Assembly (NCBI RefSeq): GCF_000008645.1
Contig: NC_000916.1
Coordinates: 990,001 to 1,022,000 of the forward strand
Origin: Methanothermobacter thermautotrophicus str. Delta H
GTDB lineage: Archaea; Methanobacteriota; Methanobacteria; Methanobacteriales; Methanothermobacteraceae
Direction: 5' to 3'
DNA: 32,000 nucleotides
In this document: in pieces, positions 1 through 6,833 of the stretch
How positions within the stretch are numbered: position 1 is the first letter of the stretch
Layout: the number at the start of each line of letters is the position of its first letter
Notes under the pieces: model-generated
Told to the model about the DNA's origin: nothing
Databases searched by the model: none
The model's input: the letters and a program-made list of their open reading frames with translations, nothing else
Position numbers and translations under genes: made by a program

Positions 1-1584
1 TCTGTTTCACCTCTTCTTTTTTTCTTTGTGATTTCAATCCCATTTTGGTCTGATTTTAACTTTATTAATTTAGTATTGGTTGTTTGGTTAATTCATTTCA
101 ATCCCATTTTGGTCTGATTTTAACATATATACCATATTGAACATTGATTTTAGCGTTTTTATTTCAATCCCATTTTGGTCTGATTTTAACCCAGCAGAAA
201 CAGTAATAGTCAAATATTATAAGCACAATTTCAATCCCATTTTGGTCTGATTTTAACCTTGATAAGGGTAGTAAACGAACCCGATAGTGAATATATTTCA
301 ATCCCATTTTGGTCTGATTTTAACCCAAATAAAACGTTAATATCGATTTAATTCCAATAATTTCAATCCCATTTTGGTCTGATTTTAACCGTTTCAACTA
401 ATGAAACTGTCTTAAATTGCTTATTTATTTCAATCCCATTTTGGTCTGATTTTAACTCGCAGAACATCATACACATCAGGTAGTCTATACAGTATTTCAA
501 TCCCATTTTGGTCTGATTTTAACTGATGGTTTTGATGTTTTGTGTAAAATTCGTGAGATTTCAATCCCATTTTGGTCTGATTTTAACGAAGTCACACTGA
601 ATACGAAGAAATACAAGACACAGTATTTCAATCCCATTTTGGTCTGATTTTAACCCGGTCCTTGACGGGAAAATCTACAGGGCCACAATAGATTTCAATC
701 CCATTTTGGTCTGATTTTAACACACAGTACAATTATTCGGAATAATACACGCACAATGATTTCAATCCCATTTTGGTCTGATTTTAACATGAACATGCAG
801 ATAAAAGATGATATAATAGAAAAATATTTCAATCCCATTTTGGTCTGATTTTAACAAGTATTTTTCTGAATTCACGGATTGCTTCGCATTTCAATCCCAT
901 TTTGGTCTGATTTTAACTATAATCGAATATTGTTGCGTATTGTGTTGTGTTTTTATTTCAATCCCATTTTGGTCTGATTTTAACAGGTTCTTGTGGGTTA
1001 TTGTTGTCCTAGTCCAGTTTACACATTTCAATCCCATTTTGGTCTGATTTTAACCTAAAGTTTCTCTGTAGTCCACATCCCCTTTTTTCAATTTCAATCC
1101 CATTTTGGTCTGATTTTAACTGAGGTGACAAGTATCAGGTTCTCACAGTGTTTCATGATTTCAATCCCATTTTGGTCTGATTTTAACACCGATGGTACCT
1201 CAGGATACTATTCCCACCACTCACCATTTCAATCCCATTTTGGTCTGATTTTAACTTGAAGACTCATACTACTTAGACAGTTTTGAATTCGATTTCAATC
1301 CCATTTTGGTCTGATTTTAACATCGAGGAATTCTATTTTATCCTCACCAGGATAGCGGATTTCAATCCCATTTTGGTCTGATTTTAACATGTTTTCCGTT
1401 ATACTATAGTGCGTTTTGGTATTGATTTCAATCCCATTTTGGTCTGATTTTAACCCATACCACACATTTGGATTGTAGGTGGTTGATGTTAATTTCAATC
1501 CCATTTTGGTCTGATTTTAACTAGCGGTTAATGTCGTCGATGTCCCTTGTTATTATTTCAATCCCATTTTGGTCTGATTTTAAC
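1..1584 (-). CRISPR. CRISPR array with 24 identical 30-bp repeats, 23 complete spacers (32-40 bp, mostly 36-37) and a partial spacer at 1-30. The array continues beyond the left edge.
   Basis: Repeat ATTTCAATCCCATTTTGGTCTGATTTTAAC was read at 31-60, 95-124, 161-190, 228-257, 295-324, 360-389, 427-456, 494-523, 558-587, 625-654, 692-721, 759-788, 826-855, 888-917, 955-984, 1025-1054, 1091-1120, 1158-1187, 1226-1255, 1292-1321, 1359-1388, 1425-1454, 1492-1521 and 1555-1584. Its reverse complement, GTTAAAATCAGACCAAAATGGGATTGAAAT, ends in ATTGAAAT, the 8-nt handle typical of Cas6-processed type I/III repeats. The crRNA sense is therefore the minus strand, the same as the cas genes. Confidence 0.98.
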
Positions 1585-2193
1585 AGGGCGGATTTTTTCT
1601 TCATTTGACCTCTATCGCTTTGAAATTTCTCCTTTCAGACATATAAATTTGTCGATCCCAGAAAATGCATTCTATTTATATGGATAGACGACTTAACAGA
1701 AGGTATTAAAATCCATAAATAAGACATTTAAAGTATTTAAATCAATTTAAAAAGAATTTTGGCAGGATAAAAAACCATCAGGTTGATAATAAAACCTTTA
1801 ATCCTGAAAGAAGCTTAAAATAACATTATGTTATTATAATGGGATGCTGAAAAATGGCTCATAAACGACTGAACGAAAGGACCCCGATTGGATATATGGA
1901 TTATTTAATCAATTTAAATTGAATTTTAAGATTTTTTAGTGTGATAAAGAATAAATAAAATCTTTAAAATGGTAGCCAAGGTTTCATGAAAAATCTAATT
2001 CAACATGACCAAAAAATAAATGTTTTTGGGGACATTTAATTAAAAATAGATGCTTATAAAACCTGAATTTGTCATAAAACCCTCTGGACTTCATTACAAA
2101 GAATAAAATGACCACGACGCTTCTTAGCAATATGCAAACCATGGAAGTATAACGTTGGTGAGGTTAACTCATTGCCAAAGAGTCTTTAAATAT
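1585..2193 (-). promoter_or_regulatory. AT-rich CRISPR leader with a putative array promoter
   Basis: This region abuts the repeat end that is upstream in crRNA sense. It is strongly AT-rich and has no ORF of 60 aa or more on either strand. A TATA-like AAATTTATAT (minus strand, 1641-1650) lies about 57 nt upstream of the first repeat. An internal 21-nt near-repeat, AATCAATTTAAANNGAATTTT, occurs at about 1740 and about 1908. Confidence 0.6.
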
Positions 2194-2438
2194 CGATAAT
2201 GCCCATTAAAAACAATTAAAGCACCAAAGTTAATAAGAGTTCCTTAGAGACACAATAGAGACACAATAAGGGCAATAGCGACATTAAAACAATTAAAGCA
2301 CCACAGTTAATCCATGCAATGACTGTGGTGACGGGGGCTTCGCAGACATTAAAACAATTAAAGCACATAGATTGCGGGGGTGGAAACAACCACCCCCAAG
2401 GGCTTCGCAGACATTAAAACAATTAAAGCACCAAAGTT
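2194..2438. repeat. Cryptic four-copy interspersed repeat array: a 31-bp unit with a 65-bp period, distinct from the main CRISPR repeat
   Basis: GGCTTCGCAGACATTAAAACAATTAAAGCAC occurs at 2336-2366 and 2401-2431 (identical). A variant GGCAATAGCGACATTAAAACAATTAAAGCAC is at 2271-2301, and a degenerate copy is at 2194-2224. The core ACAATTAAAGCAC sits at 2212, 2289, 2354 and 2419. See findings. Confidence 0.8.
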
Positions 2439-2461
2439 CACTTACAGGCAGAGTAGTCTCT

Positions 2462-2467
2462 AAAAAA
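2462..2467 (-). terminator. Oligo-T (T6) tract just downstream of the csm6 stop codon (2 nt after it), an archaeal-type terminator candidate
   Basis: The minus strand reads TAA-TC-TTTTTT-A after the stop at 2470-2472. Confidence 0.4.
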
Positions 2468-2469
2468 GA

Positions 2470-3672
2470 TTATAAGCGGGGAAAGGTTGCATTATCTATT
2501 TTTGAATCTATTCTCTCATCGATCATACGTGCATATTCAAGAACCTTATCATAGAACCTCTCGTATTGCTCTCCGTTAACGGATTCAAATCCATGGGCCA
2601 GTATTGAATGGTTCCGGATCCTAAGGAGATCCAGTATCTCATTATCCTTACCGAAGGCCCTCCCCACATCATGCCCTTCGCATTCAAGGAGCCTGTATGC
2701 ATTTTTGAGGGCGAGGTGTTTTTTACCGTCCAGTTTGAGGGCTGCCCTGGTACTCATGGCATATTTATCTGGATTGATACTGTCTGTTTCATCACCGTAC
2801 TCTTCCTCGATTAATATCTGGGCTATGAGTTCAAGTGCACGGTAAAGCCTCGCAGCTGCATCATCATACCGGCCCTCAGAGGCTCTCCTCCTGGAATTGG
2901 CAAGAAGATCCGGAAGGAATGGCCGGTATTTATATTTGCGTCTTCCATTCCTTGAGCTGATTATCTCTCCCAGTATGCTCTTGTTTCTCTTTATAACATC
3001 CTCAAGTTCCTCAAGGGAGTTGACCTCATCGCTATTAAGATAATCGAGGGCCTCCTCATGTTCAAAGAGGTCCCAGTGGAGGTACGCCCTTGTGAGTTTG
3101 ATGTAGGCCTCTTTTCTTTCATGGTTCACCACATCATTTTCAAGTATCTGGAGGGCTGTTTCAAACCTTCCATGGTTGAATAGTTCCTTGAATCGCCTTA
3201 TATTCAGTTTATCGTATATCTGGTAGGTGTTCTGTTCTATATTAGACTCTGTTCCACTCTGAACTGTCCCATTCCTGTCACGAAACCCTGTTATCACTGA
3301 GAGCTCCTTTCTGTAGAGTATCCCCATAACAAAGGCTATAGAGGTCATTGTCTTGGTCCCTGAGGTGTAATCGATTATAACCTCCTGGTCGCCATATATC
3401 TTCATCTGCTCCTCAAACTTGTCGAACAATTCTTTGACGCCGTCAATGTCAAGTATCTCAATGAATTTATATTCGGGTAGATCCTTTCCCTGCGCCTCTG
3501 CCTCCTCCTTTATGTACTCAACGGTCTTTTTGCTCATCTCTGACCCAAAGAAGACTATTTTATCGGGTCTTTTGTTGGTTATTGATTGGAAGAGTCCATG
3601 GGCCAGACTCCTGATGCGGTCCTCTGATGTTCCTGTGCCAGTTCCCACCGTCATGAAGAGTACTCTATCCAT
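2470..3672 (-). CDS. csm6: Csm6-family CARF-HEPN ribonuclease (type III accessory effector, cyclic-oligoadenylate responsive)
   Basis: The 400-aa ORF has an N-terminal CARF-like Rossmann signature (LFMTVGTGTG, DYTSGTKTMT). Its C-terminal HEPN R-X6-H motif is RNHSILAHG, preceded by YRALELIAQ. It is the last gene of the csm operon and overlaps the csm5 stop by 8 nt. Confidence 0.85.
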   Translation of the reverse strand: MDRVLFMTVGTGTGTSEDRIRSLAHGLFQSITNKRPDKIVFFGSEMSKKTVEYIKEEAEAQGKDLPEYKFIEILDIDGVKELFDKFEEQMKIYGDQEVIIDYTSGTKTMTSIAFVMGILYRKELSVITGFRDRNGTVQSGTESNIEQNTYQIYDKLNIRRFKELFNHGRFETALQILENDVVNHERKEAYIKLTRAYLHWDLFEHEEALDYLNSDEVNSLEELEDVIKRNKSILGEIISSRNGRRKYKYRPFLPDLLANSRRRASEGRYDDAAARLYRALELIAQILIEEEYGDETDSINPDKYAMSTRAALKLDGKKHLALKNAYRLLECEGHDVGRAFGKDNEILDLLRIRNHSILAHGFESVNGEQYERFYDKVLEYARMIDERIDSKIDNATFPRL

Positions 3673-3952
3673 TGAAGATCACCTTAACCCAGCCGGGTGG
3701 TATTCTGCCATCTATTAGCTTCCTTGTCTTTGGAAACTCATAGGGATAACTTCTTCCCCTGCTGACTTTTCTTATGGATTCATAGGTCCTGTAATCATCC
3801 TCCTTGAATCTGAGGCCTATGGTGGTTGCAAGGAAGCCGCTGCCCTGTCCTATCCTCATGAGGGGGTTTTCAGGGGAGTTCCTTTTTTTCAAGTTTTCTG
3901 TATATCCTCTCAAGGAAATCCACGCCATACCTTGATGCGAAATCCAGCTCAT
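3665..3952 (-). CDS. csm5: Csm5 C-terminal fragment (RAMP glycine-rich loop region) in the +1 frame relative to the upstream fragment
   Basis: The translation contains PLMRIGQGSGFLATTIGL and PKTRKLIDGRIPPGWVKV, typical of a Csm5/RAMP C-terminus. The first roughly 20 residues of this track ORF are probably not real. The useful frame begins at the A7 tract at 3883-3889. Confidence 0.75.
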   Translation of the reverse strand: MSWISHQGMAWISLRGYTENLKKRNSPENPLMRIGQGSGFLATTIGLRFKEDDYRTYESIRKVSRGRSYPYEFPKTRKLIDGRIPPGWVKVIFNG

Positions 3953-4730
3953 GTTCTATGTAGTCCCTGCTGAAGGTGTAAAGGGATTCCCTTATGGTTT
4001 CAGGGTCAACAAGTTCCCTTTTATTCCGCAACCCGATCCTATCATATACATCGTTATAGGTGAAGTTCATCTCAAATTCCAGTTTTTTTCGTGGTATGAA
4101 CTCAAGGTAGAGCGGAAACTTCTTATAGCTGTATGATCCGCCTGAGACCGTGAGGACCCTGACCATGTGAAGTGCAGGTGCCTTTGAGGTGTTTGTGTCT
4201 GTAACCTCCAGGAACCTCATTATACTTTTCTTTGCAGTATCACGTGGGTCAGATGAGAAGAAACTGTTTATGATTTTATTCGGATCCCCTCGATGTCCCC
4301 TGCTGACTTCCTCCGAAATTCTTTCAAGGTCAGAATCCCTCAGGTTTTTATAGAGTAGAGCCGTTCTTATAGATCCCTTGATTGATGAACCCGGAATATA
4401 TATCTCATCAGAGGTTTTAATGTGCTCATGAACATCCTTTATGTTTGAGCTTTCTGTTTTAAGAAAGCCCCTGTATCTCACAGCCCTCCTTGCAGCTTTT
4501 TTAAATTTTTTCATACTGTCAAGCTGGAAATCTTGCGTTGATATGTGATCAACAAGTTCATCCCTTGCATCATCATCAAGTTCACTGTAGAGTTTCGAAA
4601 CGTCGACCCTCCCAAAAATTGGGACAAGCTTATCCCCTGACTTCGCCTTTCCGGTGTAAAACTCCTGGGGCCCATAGGTTGTGCCGTTGCCTATATGGAC
4701 CGGTGTTATAACCTCAAGGGTGCATTGCAA
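3870..4730 (-). CDS. csm5: Csm5 N-terminal portion (286 aa), terminated prematurely after an A7 tract
   Basis: The N-terminus, (TTG)QCTLEVITPVHIGNG, is a RAMP G-rich start, and an IPGSSIKGSIRTAL motif is present. Its position after csm4 fits csm5. The stop lies 12 nt after the AAAAAAA run. Confidence 0.85.
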   Translation of the reverse strand: MQCTLEVITPVHIGNGTTYGPQEFYTGKAKSGDKLVPIFGRVDVSKLYSELDDDARDELVDHISTQDFQLDSMKKFKKAARRAVRYRGFLKTESSNIKDVHEHIKTSDEIYIPGSSIKGSIRTALLYKNLRDSDLERISEEVSRGHRGDPNKIINSFFSSDPRDTAKKSIMRFLEVTDTNTSKAPALHMVRVLTVSGGSYSYKKFPLYLEFIPRKKLEFEMNFTYNDVYDRIGLRNKRELVDPETIRESLYTFSRDYIEHELDFASRYGVDFLERIYRKLEKKELP

Positions 4731-5639
4731 TTAACCACCACCAATCATGAATTTATATGCAAGGCCATATTCCACTGCAGATCTCCCGGACCTCACCAGG
4801 GTTCCATAGTATTCCTTTCCTGTATCATTGAAGGTTGAACCCTCCCTGAAGAACCTTACCTGTTTTCTTATCTCCCCATCGGGCCCCCTTCCCCTGCGGG
4901 ACCCTAATTCAAACCATGCATCTCTGGTCACAGATTCAAGTTCAGAGGGGGCCGGTATGAACCTTGAAAGGGTTACAAACCTTTCACCTGTATATTCTGG
5001 GAGGGGGTTCCTGTCGAATTCGAAGGAGAATGTCCCCTTACCCGTGGATACGTCTGGACCAAGGCCCCTGTCTGCCAGAAATCGGAGGGCTGATTCCAGC
5101 CGGGATCTGAATGAAGCATCCCTGAACTTCACAAGGAAGAACCTTCCCATGTTCTCATAGAAAACTCTCCTGAGATGGAATACTCCCTCTGTTCTTCTTT
5201 CGATCCTGTTTACAACGTTGTGTGGCTCCTCAAATTCCACTTCACCAAATCTAATATCTTTATCGCCATCGATGAGGAGGCCTCCATATACCCTGTTTTT
5301 CTCCATTGAATTAACTATATGCTCCTCATCGGCTTCCCCGGATGCCCATTCAAGGAATAAACCTTCGGGAATGTATGAGACGCCCTTGTATTTCTTGAAG
5401 AGGATTGGATCATAGCTCCCTGGCTCGGTGATTATCCTGGGGTAGAAACGAAGCCTTTCATCCGTCTCTATGTAGGGGAAACTTGATGAGATGAGGAATG
5501 GAGGGTCCTCCATGAATTGATCCACAACTTCATCCACCTCATCGGGGTAGAGCTGGCTGAAGCTGTAGATGAGAGCACCGAAGATGGTGTCTGAAGATAA
5601 TGGTGGGAGAGAGGACTCGGGTTTGAGGTATACGAGCAT
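4731..5639 (-). CDS. csm4: Csm4 (Cas5-like RAMP subunit of the Csm complex)
   Basis: This is a 302-aa ORF. The N-terminus LSSDTIFGALIYSF and a C-terminal G-rich LGSRRGRG are typical of Csm4. It lies between csm3 and csm5. Confidence 0.85.
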   Translation of the reverse strand: MLVYLKPESSLPPLSSDTIFGALIYSFSQLYPDEVDEVVDQFMEDPPFLISSSFPYIETDERLRFYPRIITEPGSYDPILFKKYKGVSYIPEGLFLEWASGEADEEHIVNSMEKNRVYGGLLIDGDKDIRFGEVEFEEPHNVVNRIERRTEGVFHLRRVFYENMGRFFLVKFRDASFRSRLESALRFLADRGLGPDVSTGKGTFSFEFDRNPLPEYTGERFVTLSRFIPAPSELESVTRDAWFELGSRRGRGPDGEIRKQVRFFREGSTFNDTGKEYYGTLVRSGRSAVEYGLAYKFMIGGG

Positions 5640-5645
5640 TTTAAC

Positions 5646-6383
5646 TCACTCTGCAGTTGTATTGATATCTGCAAGGGATTCGAAATCCCCCATAGTGCTT
5701 TCGCCGGCTTCTCCACGGTAATATTCTACGGGCCTCTCTCTGATTTTTATGTTCTTGAATTCGATCTTACCGTAGCCCCTTGTACCGCTTCCACCAAGGT
5801 AGCTGTCCTCAAGGAGTCTGAGTCCCTCAAGTACAATTCTGAGGTTATCACTGTCACCATCATATTCACTCACTATTATCTCAAATCCAAATTTTGATCC
5901 CCTTGGAACCCTCTCCTGGTTCCTTGGATTTGCCATTGAGGTTATCCTGTTCAGGTTGTTCTCGTACTTAAGTTCAGCTCCTTCAACCACTTCACTGCTC
6001 TCCTTCCACTCCTCCACCGTTTCATCTGTTGGGAAGGCGTCTCTTACTATTATTCTTGTGGGCCCTGAACTGCTACTGCTATCTGTTCTTGTGGGCCCTG
6101 AACTGCTACTGCTATCTGCTGCGCTTCCAAATACCCTGCAGATTTCACATTTCCCGCATTTACATGGCCCGCCATTGCTTACACGGTCGAGTTCAAGCTC
6201 AAGGAGGGATCTCATCTTACCCTTGATTGATGATCCGGGGATGTAGGGTAGCCTCGTCACCGGATCCCTTATTATGGGGTTATCTGAGCCCCCTATCTCA
6301 ATGGAGTCCTTGGATACTCCTATGTGGAGTCCTGTTCTGCACAGGATTTCGCCTGTTATAATATAATTTTTCTGGAACCTCAT
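5646..6383 (-). CDS. csm3: Csm3 (Cas7-like backbone and target-RNA-cleaving RAMP)
   Basis: The 245-aa ORF contains GLHIGVS...IGGSDNPIIRDP...LPYIPGSSIKGKMRS, a Cys cluster CKCGKCEICRVFG, RIIVRDA, and C-terminal LGGSGTRGYGK. Confidence 0.92.
   Translation of the reverse strand: MRFQKNYIITGEILCRTGLHIGVSKDSIEIGGSDNPIIRDPVTRLPYIPGSSIKGKMRSLLELELDRVSNGGPCKCGKCEICRVFGSAADSSSSSGPTRTDSSSSSGPTRIIVRDAFPTDETVEEWKESSEVVEGAELKYENNLNRITSMANPRNQERVPRGSKFGFEIIVSEYDGDSDNLRIVLEGLRLLEDSYLGGSGTRGYGKIEFKNIKIRERPVEYYRGEAGESTMGDFESLADINTTAE
6054..6119. repeat. 33-bp x2 in-frame tandem duplication inside csm3
   Basis: TCTTGTGGGCCCTGAACTGCTACTGCTATCTGT (6054-6086) is followed by the same 33-mer ending in C (6087-6119), 32/33 identical. 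It encodes (A/T)DSSSSSGPTR twice. Confidence 0.95.
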
Positions 6384-6410
6384 TTAAAACACCATCTTGA
6401 TTAATAGAAC

Positions 6411-6833
6411 TTAGCTTCTTGGGTTGTAGAACTTATGATAGGCCACTATTGATTCAAGAAAGCGTACAAATACCCTGAAATTTTCGATTTTTTCGTCATC
6501 ATCTCCCCTGTCAACCTTATCCATCATTTTCTTCATTACCTCATAGAACCCCTCGGGTATGAGGTCCCTTCCCCTTGCATTTGCAAGCTGGGGTTTGAGT
6601 AGATAGAAATCCGCCTCTATGCTTTTCCAGGAATCAGCCTTCTTCTCCATGCTCCTTATTGCACTGAAAAATTTTCTGAGCTGTGTTGTCTTCAAATTGT
6701 TTGCCCTGGCTATAACATCAGCATATCCACCAGTATCGGCGTATTTCTTCGCCTCCAGATCGCTGAGCTTATCCAGTGCACTTATCTCCTTCTTAACATC
6801 CTCAAAAGTTAAATCACTCATGGATATCACCAT
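6411..6833 (-). CDS. csm2: Csm2 (Cas11-type small subunit of the type III-A complex)
   Basis: This small (140 aa or less) charged ORF sits between cas10 and csm3. The call rests on position, size and composition. An alternative start, ATG 6821, gives an ATGAGTGA overlap with the cas10 stop. Confidence 0.75.
   Translation of the reverse strand: MVISMSDLTFEDVKKEISALDKLSDLEAKKYADTGGYADVIARANNLKTTQLRKFFSAIRSMEKKADSWKSIEADFYLLKPQLANARGRDLIPEGFYEVMKKMMDKVDRGDDDEKIENFRVFVRFLESIVAYHKFYNPRS

Noticed and set aside
1295-1504. 69-aa minus-strand ORF from the track
   Set aside because: It lies wholly inside the CRISPR array. Its sequence repeats SDQNGIEI, which is simply the translated repeat.
2194-2438. 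The idea that the mini-repeat is a tracrRNA-like anti-repeat, since it shows weak similarity to the main repeat in the opposite orientation
   Set aside because: The locus has no cas9 or other type II gene. Complementarity to the repeat is short and patchy (TTAAAA, CAGAC, ACCAAA) in an AT-rich context.
2372-2554. 60-aa plus-strand ORF
   Set aside because: It starts inside the mini-repeat array and runs antisense into the 3' end of csm6. It has no SD and no recognisable motif.
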